Assembly: GCF_009914755.1 (NCBI RefSeq) | Contig: NC_060926.1 | Source: the human T2T-CHM13v2.0 reference genome, Homo sapiens | Reading direction: 5' to 3' (one strand) | DNA length: 64,000 nucleotides | Part shown: positions 39,976-59,735 of the stretch, piece after piece | How the letters are laid out: every line of letters begins with the position of its first letter | Numbering within the stretch: position 1 is the first letter of the stretch | Program-made: the position numbers and the translations under genes | Notes under the pieces: generated by a model | Seen by the model: only the letters and a program-made list of their open reading frames with translations | Databases searched by the model: none | Told to the model about the DNA's origin: nothing

Positions 39976-41496
39976 TAAACTGTGCGTGGCCACATCCTGG
40001 ATTCTCTTGCCACCCTGGTGCCTGCCAAGCAGGAGTCTTTTCCATTTCCCTAGTGCGTGAAATTATCTCCTCCTTTTCAGCACTCACACAGACCACAGCC
40101 AAATGATAAGAAGCAGATTCAATATACAGAGCACAGCTAGGGAATCTGTCCCACTTGGAAAGGTTGGGACTCCTTTCTTCCATTAGCCAAGCAAACTTTT
40201 GACCTAGGAAACTAGATAAGGTAGAAACAAACAAAAAAAGTAATTGATCTGAGTGCTTCCACATTCGTTATTTCTTGAGCTCCTCAACACAGATCTGAGA
40301 GAGAAGCAATTATACTCACTTTGCAACTGGACATCAGAGGCTTTAAGAGCAAAGCGACCCTGTCTAGGATCCTGCTGTCAGGGTTGGCAATAAAACCCAA
40401 GGGCCATCTTGACTCAAAAACTTGCTACTAGTGGAAGCTAACATAAAAATTCAATTACAGTAACTAATAGGGAGTTAGTTGATAAAACCATGACTTTTAA
40501 AGCTATAACAAGAATTTCAAACAGTGTCCTAGCACATGGAGGACTCTGCTAGTATCATCAAAACCACCCAGTTGATGACCTAGCTAGTCTATAACAAACA
40601 CAGTGCCCTCACAATGACATTTTTTCCTTTTCCTTATGAAGTCATTTACTAAAATTAAAGTCAGTAAAGGCATACCTCATTTTATCGCACTTCCCAGACA
40701 TTGCATTTTTTACAAATTGAAAGTTTGTGATAACCCTGTGTCAAGCAATTGTATCAAGAGCATGTGCTCGCTTCCTGTCTCTGTTAAATTTTGGTAATTC
40801 TCACAATATTTTCAACTTTTTCATCGTTATGTCTGTATGGTGACATATGACATATGATCGGTGATCTTTGATGTTACTATTATAACTGTTTGGGGTACCA
40901 TGCCCATATAAGATGGCAAATTTAATTGATAAAGGTTTCGTATGTTCTGACTGCTCTGCTGACCAGCTGTTCTCCCATCTCTCTCCCTCTTCTCAAGCCT
41001 CACTGTTCTTTGAGACACAACAATATTAAAATTAGGTCCATAATAACCCTACAATGGCCTCTAAGTGTTCAAGTGAAAGGAGTCACACATCTGTCACTTT
41101 AAATCAAAAGCTGAAAATGATCAAGCTTAGTAGAAGGCATGTCAAAAGCCAAGACAGGCTGAAAGCTAGGCCTATTGCACCAAACAGCCAACTTGTGAAT
41201 GCAAAGGAAAAGTTCTTGAAAGTAGTTAAAAGTGCTCCTCCAGTGAACACATGAACAGGAAAGTGAAATAGGCTTATCGCTGATATGGAGAAAGCCTAAG
41301 TGGTCTGGATAGAAGATCAAACCAGCCATGCTGCCTTAAGCCAAATCCTAATCCAGAGCAAGACACTAACTCTCTTCAATACAATGAAGGCTGAAAGAGG
41401 TGAAGAAGCTGCAGAAGAAAAGGTTGAAGCTAGCAGAGGATGGTTCATGAGGCTTATGGAAAAAAAGCTGTCCCCATCACATAAAAATGCAAGGTG

Positions 41497-41854
<358 letters not shown>

Positions 41855-42079
41855 CTAAGATCATTGATGAAGGTGACCACACTAAACAACAGATTTTCAA
41901 TGCAAGCAAAACAGCCTTCTATTGGAAGAAGATGCCATCTAGGACTTTCATAGCTGGAGAGGAGAAGTCAATGCCTGTTTCCAAAGGACAAGCTGACTCT
42001 TTTATTAGGGCGAATGCACCTGGTGACTTTAAATTGAAGCCAACGCTCATTCCAAAACTCCTAGGGCTTTTAAGAATTA

Positions 42080-45437
<3,358 letters not shown>

Positions 45438-47814
45438 GAGTTACATACTCTGGCTGTGTTCTAAAAATGGAATAACAAAGCCTGGATGATAGCATCTATT
45501 TACAGCATGGTTTGTGGAATATTTTAAGCCCACTGTTGAGACCTGTTGCTCAGAAGAAAAGATTCCTTTCAAAATAGCACTCATCACTGATAATATGCCT
45601 GGTCACCCATCAGCTCTGAGGGAGATGTACAAGGAGATGAATGTTGTTTTTATGCCTGCTAATAAAACATCCATTCTGCAGCCCATGAATCAAGGCATAA
45701 TTTTGACTTCCAAGTTTTATTATTTAAAAAATACATTTTGTAAGGTTATAGCGCCAAAAATAGTGATTCCTCTAACGGATGTGGGCAAAGTCAATTGAAA
45801 ACCTTCTGGAAAGGATTCACCATGCTATATGTCATTAAAAACATTGATTCATGGGAGGAGGTCAAAGTATCAACATTAACATAAGATTGGAAGAAATCGA
45901 TTCCAATCTTCATAGGTGGCTTTGCGGGGTTTGTGACTTTGGTGGAGGTAGTAACTGCAGATGTGTTGGAAATAGCAAGAGAACTAGAATGAGAAGTGGA
46001 GCCTGAAGATGTGACTGAATTGCTGCAATCTCATATTAAAACTTGAACAGACGAGGAGTAGCCTCTTATGAGTGAGCAAAGAAAGTGGTTTCTTAAGATG
46101 GAATTTCCTCCTGGTGAAGATGCTGTGAACATCGTTGAAATGACAACAAAGGATTTAGAATATTCCATAAATTTAGTTGATAAAGCAGCAGCAGGGTTTG
46201 AGAGGCTTGATTCCATTTTTGTGAGAGAAGTTCTACTGTAGGTAAAATGCTATCCCAAACAGCATTGCATGCTACAAATAAATCTTTCCTGACAGTAAAA
46301 GTCAACTGATGTGTCAAACTTCATTGTTGTCTCATTTTAAGAAATTGCCACAGCCACCCCAAGCTTCAGTAACCGCCACCGTGGCCAGTCAGCAGCCATT
46401 AACACGGAGGCAGGACTCTCCTTCAAGCAAGAAGATTATTACTCACTAAAGGCTCAGATGACCTTTAGCATCTTTGAGCAATAAGGTATCTTTTAATTAA
46501 GGTATGTATGTTTCTTAGACAGATAAGGAGTGGTTATTGCACACTTAATAGACTACAGTATAATGTACATAACTTTTACATGCACTGGAAAACCAAAGAA
46601 ATTGTATAAATTGCTCTATGGTGATATTTGCTTTATTGCAGTGGTGTGGAATCGAACCTTCCATATCCTCAAATATGCCTGTATGTAAATGTCTTTTGTT
46701 CACTGCACATTCAGTGGCTTAAACATGAAGGAAATGTTCACCTTACATTATTAACATGAAAAAATGTTTGTTATCATTTTATTAAGGAAATCAGGATCTC
46801 CCAAGTGCTGGCTCAGAAAAATATTGACACAAGAATTTCCCTTTGTTGCACTGGCCCATGTTTATAATCTTCAGACTGATCTCTTACTTTCTTACAACCG
46901 CCCCCTCACCTCCTTAATCTGGTGGCACTGGGCCTGTTTAACAAGAAACCAAGAACAAGGAATAAAGGTTTTGCATGGTCTCATTCTCTTCTCCAGGCTC
47001 CATGGCCAGCCCAGTCCCATTCTCCAGACTCAGGGTCTACATCCTTCCCACTCAATAAAACTAAAGCGGCACCAACAGCTGATACATTCAGCAGCCAGGG
47101 ACAAAACCACTTCTAGCTGTGAATTCCATCCAGTCACACACAGGGTGCAGCTGCAGCCCACATCTGCAAACTCTGCATTCCGAAACCCTTTGTATATATA
47201 CTTCCTAGGGACTCAGACAGTGGGCCCCAGGGGCAAGAGGACTTGTCCTTCCCAAGGTCACAGGGTTCATTGCAGGGCCTTCTTCCCCCATCTTTCTCAG
47301 GCTGCTAGGACTTTCAACACAGTTGTGATCTCCTTCCTCCTACACCCACCTCCTTTCACCCGGTGTCCCTCCTTCCCTGCCGCTTCTTCCTTACTCACCT
47401 CCTGTCCAGGAGACTGTTAGTGTTGGTTCAGGCCAGGCTCTCCACACGTCTCATCCTGGGCACACTCTCTAAATGAATCCAGGTTCCTTGAGCCAGTAGC
47501 ACCTCCATTTCTTCAGGTGCAAAATGATTCTTGTTAGCACACCTATCTTACAGGGACTTTCTAAGATAAGAATGTGTATAAAATGCTTTAGGACAATGGC
47601 AGACCGGCAGCAGCAGATATCACCTGTTAACATTAAACCCCTGGTTCCCATCTGATTTGGATGGGTTGGGTTGCAATGTCTGTGAGATTTCCACATGGAA
47701 GAGACAAGAAGGGAATAGGATTTTCCTAGAAGAGTGGTCTAGGCTACAGATACACCCGGAATGAGGTCATTAATGGAAGGATAGCCTGCCCTTATGACTG
47801 GGTGCCTTACATAC

Positions 47815-48691
47815 TACATTAGTCAGGGTTCTCCAGAGAAACAGAAACAACAGGACATGTAGAGAAATATAAGAGATTTATTATGGGACTTCATTCACCC
47901 AATTACCCAGGCTGAGAAGTTCCATAATCTTCTGTCTGCAAGCTGGAGGCCCAGGAAAACCTCCAGCTTGCAGACAGTGAACTGATGTAACTCAGTTCAA
48001 GTCTAAAGGGGAGGTGATGTATAAGCCCTGTTGTGTTAGTCCATTTTCATACTGCTATGAAGAAATACCTGAGACTGGGTAACTTATAAAGAAAAAGAGG
48101 TTTAATGGACTCACAGCTCCACATGGCTGAGGAGGCCTCACAGTCATGGAGGAAGGCAAAGGAGGAGGAAAGGCATGTCTTACACAGTGGCGGGCAAGAG
48201 AGCATGTGCAGCGGAACTGCCTTTTATAAAACTATCAAATCTCGTGGGACTTACTCACTATCACTAGAACAGCATGGGAAAACCAGCCCCCATGATTTAA
48301 TTACCTGCCACTGTGTCCCTCCCATGACACATGGGGATCTTGGGAGCCATAATTCAAGATGAGATTTGGGTGGGGACACAGCCAAACCATATCACCTTGT
48401 CTGAGCCCAAAGGCCAGAGAACCAGGAGCACCAATGTCCGAGGGCAGGAGAAGATGTGCAATCAAGCAGGGAGAGTGAATTTGCCCTGTCTCTGCCGTTT
48501 TGTTCTATTCAGGCCCTCAGTTGGATAATGCCCACCCACACTGGTGAGGGTAATCTTCTTTACTCAGTCTACTGATTCACATGCTAGTCTCTTCTGGAAA
48601 TGCCTTCACAGACACACCCCAAAGCAATGTTTACCAGCTATCTGGGCATCCCTTAGCCCAGTCAAATTGACACATGCAATTACCCATTACA
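47815..48691 (-). mobile_element. MLT2 (ERVL) LTR interrupted by THE1
   Basis: attagtcagggttctccagagaaacaga...cagtcaaattgacac...cattaca. Confidence 0.85.
48032..48394 (-). mobile_element. THE1B/C solo LTR
   Basis: tgtgttagtccattttc...gacacagccaaaccatatca. Confidence 0.9.
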
Positions 48692-49315
48692 CACACGTTG
48701 CCTCTGCTCCCTTCCGCATCCCCTCAGCTCAGTAAACAGCATCGCCATGCACCTAAATGTTCTGCCTAGAGCCTAGGAGTTGCCCTTAAGTGCTCCCTCT
48801 CCCTGTCTCTCACATTTCCTCCATCAACAGATTCCACTCTCTCTTCTAGAACGTGGCCATCACCATGGTCCCAGCCTCTTACCAAAACTGACAAGCAGTC
48901 TCCTGCCTCCATTCCCAATCCCTCCAGCCCACTGTCCACACAGCTCCTTAAGCCTAAGCCAGATCATGACATCCCTCTGCTTACAATCTTTCAGTAACGT
49001 TGCACTGGATGTAGTAGGAAACCCGAAACCCTCACCATAGCTGGTTTACAAGGCTCTGCACACTCGTGCCCCACTCATCTCACATCCTCCCCTGTGCTAC
49101 TCTCCACTCCTGAGTAAGCTGCGACCACACCAGCTGCTCAGGGAGCCTCAGGGCCTCTGCCCTGGCTGTTCTCTCCACCTCGCGCCCTCACATGCCTCCC
49201 CACCCTCCTCTCCCACAGCCACCTCATTCTTATCCTTTCCATTCCAGCATGCATGTTGCCCTCTGCAGAGTGGGCTTCCTGCGTCACCCCATAGGAAGTA
49301 GATCTTCTCCCTCTC

Positions 49316-49698
49316 TGTCATGACTGAATGTCTGTGCCCACCCCAAAATGCATATGTTGAAGCCCCAAGCCTCAGTGTGATGTGATTTGGAGATGAAGCC
49401 TTCGTGGAGATAATTAAGGTCAAATGAGGTCATAAGGATGGGGTCCAATAAGATTAACATCCTTGTAAGAAGAGATATCAAAGCACTCTCTCTCTCTCTA
49501 TCTGCTCAAACACTGAGAAGAGGTCATGTGAGCATACAGTGAGATGTGGCTGCCTACAAGCTAAAAGAAGAGGCTTCAGAATAAAACTTGCTGACACCTT
49601 GATCTCTGACCTCCAGCCACCAAGAGCATGTGAAATCAGTGTCTGTTGTTTTAGCCTCCCAGTAGATGGTATTTTGCTATGGCAGCCCACCTAAGACA
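49316..49698 (+). mobile_element. MLT1A-type LTR inside L2
   Basis: tgtcatgactgaatgtctgtgccc...ctaagaca; L2-like flanks at 48720-49300 and 49700-49890. Confidence 0.8.
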
Positions 49699-50282
49699 CA
49701 CCCTCATCCTCATTCTCCCTTCAAGGCAGTGGTTCTTACATGTAATTAGTGTCTCTGCCCACTTACATAGTCTTTGCCTATCTCCCACCACTGGAACATA
49801 ACTCTGAGGTCATCGTCACTTTCCTCAGGCCTAGCACAGGGCCTGGCACATAATAAGTGTCCACAGAACAAATCAGTGACTCAATGAATCCATCAAAGAC
49901 TACATACTTCTAGAAAGGGATGGAAGGAATTGAACCCACCCCTCATACCCAGAAAGGCATCCTGAACAAAGGAGCCACTCTTCCCAGGATAGACTCTGCA
50001 ATAACTACCCTCTAAAGCACACATATTTATCTACTTCTTGGTTTAGATCCCATCTTGTCCCAAAATGAATTTAAGTGAGTTTATCAAAATATAAACAATA
50101 CAACAGAATAAATAACAGAGAAGGAAAAGAAAAATAAGAGAAAGCCACTTAGGTGACAGCATGCATGCCATGGTCACTTGCTCTGGGCACCCCAGCAGCC
50201 ATGGCAAAGAAGGTAGTTCAGTGAGATGTACAATTCAGATTATCCATGAGATGCAAAGAAAGAGTTCTTTGTAAGAAGCATC

Positions 50283-50598
<316 letters not shown>

Positions 50599-51899
50599 GT
50601 AAGAACCATCTCTTAATGAGCCAGATCAGCTCAGCACTGAGGTCATGGAGGAATCCCCACAGTCCTCCCATGGTAGATGGGTCCTGATCAGCATCCTTAA
50701 AGAAGATTCAAGAAAGGGTTTCAGGCAGCTCTTCCTCCCAAGTTGCCTGAAGGCAACTCACAGCAATGCCTCACAAAGCAGGATGAGCTGCTCTATGGGC
50801 AGCAGAACAGTGAGTCAATAATGCACTTTGTGCTCCTATAATTCTATATCTCCACATAGCCTACATCGTTATAAAGTAAACTTCCCTTTGTCTTCACAAA
50901 GCCAACCCTTGCAGCTGGTAATGGCTTAGAAAGTGAGACCCCAGCATGAGTGGTTTATTCCAAAGATGACAGATACCCAGCAGTTACAGCATCTGTGGGT
51001 GTTTTCATGGGTTGGGCAGCCACTGTAGCTTCTGGAGTCTGCAGTTCAAACGAACTCCTCTCCCAGCACAATCTTGCCCATCACCCATCCTATCCTGAAG
51101 ATGGTCTCCTACTCAATTGCACACTACCCAGGCTATGGTGACAATTATGTTTCCTCTTAAACACTGCTAACACATCCTTTGAAATGTTTTAAGAGGTTAT
51201 TATCTTTTAATAGGGTGGACCAAACCCAGGAAGAGCTTGGACGCTGTAAACAGTTGGCTGTCTCTGACCTTATCTTGCCTGTGTTTGCTTTCCTGTCCTA
51301 CTGGGGAATTCCTGCGCTGCAGCTGCAGTCTTTAGCTTCAACTGCAGGGGGCTGGGTGCTGCTGCCCTGCTGCCTCTTGCTCCAGGTGCACAGCCAAAAA
51401 GTGGCATCCTACAGCATGCCCAGAAAGCAACACAGGTGTGTCCCATGTCTGCTGTGCTCCTTATCCATGCTTACATAGATGCAAGGAGTTTGAAAGAGCC
51501 CTAAGGAAGCAGTGAGCTGGGATAAACCACCAAAGAGCTTTTGTGGCCAGATGTAAATGGAAACAAAAAGGAATATGAAAGGTTTCCTTGGGCCATTTCT
51601 ATTTTATTTCAGACCTTCCTGACTTCACAATCTGTAAGATCCACCCTATGTCTGCATTTTCTGTAGCTTTCGTCCCAAACTGATGAAACCAGGCTTCTAA
51701 TCCCGAATTTGCAAAAGCTATTCTGCCAGCCAAGATGAAGTCTCTTTATTTTTCTGGGATTCTAGCCTTGCTCATTTATCCTTCCCTGTCATTCCCCGAC
51801 ATACTTTCCTTCTTCTGATAAATTCTTTTTCTAGTCCCCTGAGCTCCTGGCCTGTCTGACATCTCTTCATTCCCTTCCCAAGAAACTGTTTAATTAGAT

Positions 51900-52323
51900 G
51901 GCAGAGCATGACAAGAACAGGGATTCTGGAGCCAGATGGCTGGAGCTCACAATCCTGGTTCTGCTACTCACCTGCTGTGAAACTTTGGACATGTTACTTA
52001 ACTCCTCTGTGCCTCAGTTTCCTCAGATGTAAAAAGGCTAATAACAACACCTCCATCATAAGGTAGTATGATAGAGAAGCTTGTGAGTGAGTCTCTTGTC
52101 TCTCTTCCCCACTACAGAGGCTAAAGAAACCCCATGTTCCAGAATGCACAGCCTAAAGAAGAAGGTAGCCTGTCAGCCTTGAATCCTGAGTGACTGTACG
52201 GAGCAGAGCACCACCTTGTAGGACAGACAGCATTCACAAGCAACCAACCTTTGCTCCGTTAAGCTACTGAGATTCTGGGAAAATTTGTTATTGCAGCAAA
52301 ACTTAGTTCAGCTTGACTAATAA
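51900..52323. mobile_element. MIR followed by old MLT1 3' fragment
   Basis: ctctgtgcctcagtttcctcagatgtaaaa; ttaagctactgagattctggg...ttgactaata. Confidence 0.65.
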
Positions 52324-52649
52324 TGGAACCACTTGTATGGCTGTAATTAAATACTAGTTAAAATTGAATACCTAAGTAGATAACTTATTCCTCCTCCAGG
52401 AGATGAGATCCCAAAGCGGCAGGCTCACTCTCTGTATTCCCTCCAGCTCCTGGCACCTGGCCTGGCACACAGGAGGAGCTGCATGAGTGTTTGTTGAGTG
52501 ACAACTGCAAAAGTTTCCAGGCCCTTCTCCTCCATCATGTGCTGCATCTGGCAGCTTCCAGGCTCACCCAGCCCCTGCACCCAAGGATAAAGTTGTTCCA
52601 AGGCAGGGCAGTACAACCAGCATGAGGACACATTAGCAGCTCCTCTGCA

Positions 52650-52870
52650 ACACACACATACAGAAACACACAGAGGCACACATGCACACACATAGACACA
52701 CAGAGGGACATACATGTATGCACGTGCACACAGAGACAACACACACAGAGAAAGAGACACAGAGAGACACACACAGAGACACACAGAGGCACACACGCAC
52801 ACACATAGACACACAAAGAGACATACACACACAGGCACACACACACAGACACACACACAGGACACACAGA

Positions 52871-52906
<36 letters not shown>
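52650..52906 (+). repeat. Complex (CA/GA)n repeat
   Basis: Interrupted cacacagaga/cacaca arrays. Confidence 0.92.
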
Positions 52907-52909
<3 letters not shown>

Positions 52910-55900
52910 GCAGAGCACGAGCCCTGCACTTATTACTTCTGAGAAACAGGTGGGAAGAAAACCAGAGTGTTTGGGTCTGATCACTGTTCCTTCCTCCCAT
53001 TCAACAGGGCAGTGAGTCACCACCTGCACAAAAGGACTCAGGCCTCCATATCAGGCAGAATTTGGCTGTGATGGCCAATCTCCATTGCTTTCCCTTGTCT
53101 TCTCAAGCCATGCTCAGAGAGTAAACCTTCAAGCATGATTAGAGGCTGGGGGCAGAGAGGTCCCCACTGGTATCAGTGACAGCCACGTCTCACAGCACTT
53201 CCCTTTCAGGAAGGGGACCCTCCCTCCCCTGCCCTCTACAGCTTCAAGCGGTCACTGGCCTGGACAGAAGCAAATCTGGACTAAGTCCTGGGAAAGCCCC
53301 AAATTTTGGAGCACTCTGGCCCTGAGCTCAGGTCCAGGATTCATTTTTCACAGGCATGCTTTATTATTCCCCGTGGGGAGCCAGGTTTCCATCCCTTGTC
53401 ATTCCTGAGGAAGGAGAACGTGCCGGGATTGCAGTCGCACGGTGTGCCTGTATCTCTTTTCCTATAAAACAACTCTGAGTACCTGAGTTATGCACCTTAT
53501 CAGAGTCCATGTGCTGGATGATTTTAAATTATTACCCCCCAAATACGTATATATATTATGCCAAGAAACCATCAACAGTAAATTACCTCCTGTTCCAAGG
53601 GCCAGAACATGGTTACTGTCACCATGCAAGTCATTCACATAAAATTCAGAATGTCTCACACTTTATCTTGGAAATTTACACAATTTATTAATCTTTATAG
53701 CCCGAAAGGCAAAAAGATATATATTTTAAGTTCATGTCTTGTATTACCGACCCAACTGGCCATGTGAAATGACTCAGATTTATTATCATGTCCAGTTACC
53801 AGCATTTATGGCAACTTTTAAACATGTCATTTTACTGTGGACACCTCATGGTTCGGGACACTTTGGGACTTTAGTGAGTAACTCTCATTTCAGGAGCAGA
53901 ACAAATAAATGATTTAAGTACTTTTGCAGCTTATTGGAAAGAGAATTTGAAATTCACTTGAGGAGACTGTTAACCATGGATCACAGAAATGTAGGGAAGG
54001 AGCAAGCTCTCCCCAAATTTATGTCTCTTTCCATATGGGAATAACAGGAGAAGTTCCCTTTGCCAAATAGAGGTTCCCACGCCCCCCAGCGTGTACCTCT
54101 GCTCTGTCAGGCAGGTTTAAGAAAATAGCATTCAATTGTGTCCCTAGTTGCTAAAAAGAAAGTTAATACTGAGAAATGGAAAAGGAAGTTTGGGTTTCTT
54201 TAAAAACATTCTTCAATGCTGTTTACTATTCAACAAGTATAAATAAATAAAACAGTCCTCACCGTGCATGGAATTCGCCTCTGCTCATGATAAAACCCAG
54301 AGATGGTTTTTAAAATACCATTACTTATTGAAAAAGAACAAGGGTCCTCAGGCCTCAAACTCTGTATATTCTAATGTACATGCCAAGCTTGGTCAAGCAG
54401 GCAGAAGCCATGGTCAGGTCTCCCTTCACCCCTCCCCTTCCTTCAGGCCCACATGTCCAGCCTGCCCTGGAATTCTGGATCCTTCCTTTGTGCATTTGTC
54501 CTTTCTCTCTCCTGTGCCTTCATACAGTGTACTCTGCCACCCAACCAATCTTCCAAAAAGTTGGCTCTATGAGGTCATCTCCAAGCTCAGACACCTTCCA
54601 GGCTTCTCACTGCCTAGGCCCAGAAGACCAAGTTGAAATCTGTTTGTCTGCCTCAAGGCAGACATCGCCTCTGACTGTGTCTGTCTCTAGTCTTACGTCC
54701 CATCATTCCCCAGCAAGAGACATCTGCTCCATGAAACCCAGTGAAATCCAACTCACAGCTGCTCCAGACTTTGCTTATAACACACCCACAAACTGAATGC
54801 CCAATCCTTTCTAAAGTCTCCCTGTCCTACCTGATAAGATTTGGAGAACCCCTCAGCCCTCCCTGAACAGGACTGCCCCACTCCTGTGGGCCTCTGCAGA
54901 CACATAGGCCCGAGGCAGGACGGCTGTCTTCTGGGCACCAACCTCTCTCTCATCTACCCTCCATAACCCATGCTGGACACTTAGCCTCATGCTGCATTTC
55001 ATCATTCTGCATATGGCATCTCTCCTTTATGGGATTGTACACCTAAGGGCAGCTACCAAGTCCCACACATAATTATCCTTCCGGGGTTCCAGCCCAATGC
55101 TAACAAAGGGTAGGTTCTGCAAAAATAGATTTTGAAAGACACAACTAAATGTATCTGAAAAAATAAAAGACTCGGGTCATAAGCTAGAAAAAGTAATGCA
55201 AACTCATTCATTTCATAGAATTCTGGGAAGAGTTCATACATGTTATTTTTCTTTAAAAGCCACTCTAGTGTGGAATTGTGTTCACCTTCCCTGAAGGGCT
55301 GGGGAGGAGCTGGCTGGGAAGATATATACTGTGACGTCTATGGAAGAGATGCTTCAGGTCTAGGAGTGACCGCTCCCTTGCCTGTGCCCCTAACCTACAC
55401 CTCTCATCTAAAGGGTGTCTGCGGCAATACATCTGTGAGGTTCCAGAACCCCGACACATGCTATGAGCTCAGCAGTGACTTGAGGGGGGCAGGCAGCAGA
55501 CTGGCTTTCTCTAATGGGGGTGAAGATGGCTGAGTGCTATGGGCTAATGAGAATGCGTATGTATTTGGGTTTTTAAAGCCATCCAGCAAGACTGGTAAAC
55601 ACTCTGTTTCTTTTAGGCGCAGTCGGTTGTTCCTTCTCTGATTCCAGGAGACAATCGTTTGGGGCCAGTTTCAAAACCCAGCATTCACAACTCTCTCCGC
55701 TCAGTCCCCGAGGGCTAGCCCTGTTGAAGAGGAAAAGTAAAACCCCCTTTCCCTCTGTGCTTCCCCTTCATGTGTCAATAGGGTCTTGTGGCCTCACCAA
55801 GGTAAGTTGAAAATAGAGCCAGAAGGATGCCTCCACTTTCATGCCTGAGGAGACAGCGAGCCCATGAGCAGGCATCACGGCTTCCAACCCAGAGACAGCA

Positions 55901-56247
55901 AGGACTGCTGGCAACCGGGCGTCAGGAGACCAGACCAAAGCACAGGCTACTTCTCATCGTAAACAGCAGGCAGTCTATTTACCACAACGAATGAGTGACA
56001 AGCCAAGGAAACAAAAAGAGAAGAGAAGAGGATCATCAAAGAAAATCTGTAATTAAAAATAAATACTTCACAATGTGACTCCAAGAAGTTTATGGCTGAG
56101 GCGGCTTTCACGGGCACTTATGAGTGTCCACAGACAGCCTGGAATTGTGTCTTTAAATGTGAGATGTTCGTGTATGTGAAAGGGCCAACTGGACTTTCCT
56201 CCCCCAAAAGGCACACTGTTCTGGATATGACACTTTCAATGACCTCT

Positions 56248-56699
56248 TGTGTTAGTCTGCTAGGGCTGCCCTAACAAAGTACTGCAAACCAGGTGGCTTC
56301 GACCACAGAAATGCTTACACAACCACCTGCAGGCTGGAAGTCCAGGAACAAAGTGTCAACAGGGTTGGTTCCTTCCGAAGCTGCGAGGAAAACCTATTCA
56401 ATGCCTCACATCTCACTTCTGGTGGTTTGCTGGTGACCTTTAGTGTTCCTTGGTGTGGAGATGCATCACACTGATCTCCACCTTCATTTTCACACAGAAT
56501 TCTCCTGAATGCATCTGTCTGTATCGGCATTTTCCCTTTTTAGAATGACCAGTAGTAATACAGATTAGGGCCCACCCTACTGACCTCATCTTAATTTGAT
56601 CATCTGCAAAGACCCTACCTATATCCAAATAAAGTCACATTCACAGATATAAAGGGTTAGGAATTCAACAGCTTCTAGAAGACAATTCAACTCCTAACA
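56248..56699 (-). mobile_element. MLT1C solo LTR
   Basis: tgtgttagtctgctagggctgcc...caattcaactcctaaca; TSD cctct on both sides. Confidence 0.88.
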
Positions 56700-57183
56700 C
56701 CTCTCAAACATGAAATGTTTCTATGAATAGCATCATTGATGGTATTACTTGACAGAGGAACAGATAGAGTCAGATGACAAAGGCCTCTCCAACAGCCATC
56801 AGTTTCATTCAGATCTGGACACAAGCAGGAAAAATGGTGTGAACAACAGCTAAGCAGCACAGAGAATCAAGACTTGGGTGTGAGATTCTGCCTTGGTCTT
56901 CAGCCATGTAGATGTGAGCCCCACCCCACTCTCATCCCACCCAAGTGCCACTGTTATAGCCTGGGGGCTCAGAATAAAGCCAGACAGTCAGAGTAGGGGA
57001 GAGATTTTCCAACATAACTCAGGCCCTGATGTTTCTTAATTTTCCCTGAAAGAGAAAATATCTTCCTAAAAGAATAAAAGACTTAAAAGTAACTTGATGT
57101 TAAGACACGCCATAAACTATGAGAATAATTTCTCATTTGTTCCTTCCTCCTGTTTTCTTTAATCCAAGACCCTCCTAGAAATA

Positions 57184-58778
<1,595 letters not shown>

Positions 58779-58799
58779 GACAGCCTCTCACACAGCTAC

Positions 58800-59183
58800 T
58801 CCACATCCTTGAGGATCAGAGATCAAGGCATCAGCAGGGTTGGTGGCTTCTAAGGGCTGTGAGGGAGAAACCGTTTATACCTCTCTCCTGGCTTCTGGTG
58901 GGTTGCTCACCATCTTCAGCATTCCATGTCTTGGAGCTGCATCACTCTGATCTCTGCTTTCATCTCCAGATGACGTTCTCCCTGGATGTATACAGCTCTG
59001 TGTCCAGATTTTCCCTCTATATAAGGACATCGGTCATATTGAATTAGGACCCACCCTAAAGACCTCCTTTTCCCCTGATTACCTCTATAAATACCCTCTC
59101 TCCAAATAATGTCACATTCTGAGGTACTAGGGGTTAAGATTTCAACATATGGATTTGACAAGTATGTAATTCAACCCATAGCA
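58800..59183 (-). mobile_element. MLT1B/C LTR (partial)
   Basis: gatcaaggcatcagcagggttgg...ctgaggtactaggggttaagatttcaacatat...aacccatagca. Confidence 0.82.
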
Positions 59184-59544
59184 CCCTATGTCCAAACTGC
59201 ACTAGCCCTGGGGATAGATAAATAAATAAAACATGATACAGGGAACGAAGCACTCACTGGCCGTTGGGAAAAACTCACAGCTATGTCCCTCTCTGTTATC
59301 ACCTTTGTAAGCACATGAAACTGACATGAGACTCTTGCAAGTCCAGATGCCTAGGACCCAAAGAATCTACCTCTGGGATAACACATTTTTCAACAGGTAA
59401 CCAGGTAAGGTTAGGGGATGGTTTCAGATTTCTCAGGTTGAAAATTTAGGAGTATGTAAAAAATAGCATCTAGGAGTATGTAAACCATAGAGTCCAACAG
59501 CACAGAGGAGGGAGGCACTCAGGTGACCAAACCTTCCTAACCCA

Positions 59545-59735
59545 GTGTGAGAGCAGCCATAATCGATGATGGAACACAGGAGACAGAGCCGCTTCTCCTG
59601 CTCCAGGAAGGAGGAGGCTGCCAGGTAACGCTGGGAGACTGCGCTGGAGCTACTCCGCAGACAAAGTGCCGGAGTTCGAAAGGGGCACAGGCTAAGGACA
59701 CTCCGGGCGGAAAGAGCAGCCAAGCTGCGGAACAA
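59545..59735. promoter_or_regulatory. Small CpG-enriched unique segment (possible promoter or first exon)
   Basis: About 10 CpGs in ~180 bp against a depleted background; GGGCGG box at ~59705; CAG|GTAACG donor-like site at ~59624. Confidence 0.3.

Noticed and set aside
46764-47420. 218-aa ORF
   Set aside because: No recognisable homology, domain or splice context; most likely a chance ORF.
52425-53029. Cys/Val- and His/Thr-rich ORFs
   Set aside because: Translation artefacts of the CA/TG repeat.
59447-59484. taggagtatgtaaa direct repeat, and (GCAACAGA)x3 at ~61559-61586, as CRISPR-like or regulatory arrays
   Set aside because: Only 2-3 short copies with no spacer series; ordinary slippage duplications in eukaryotic DNA.
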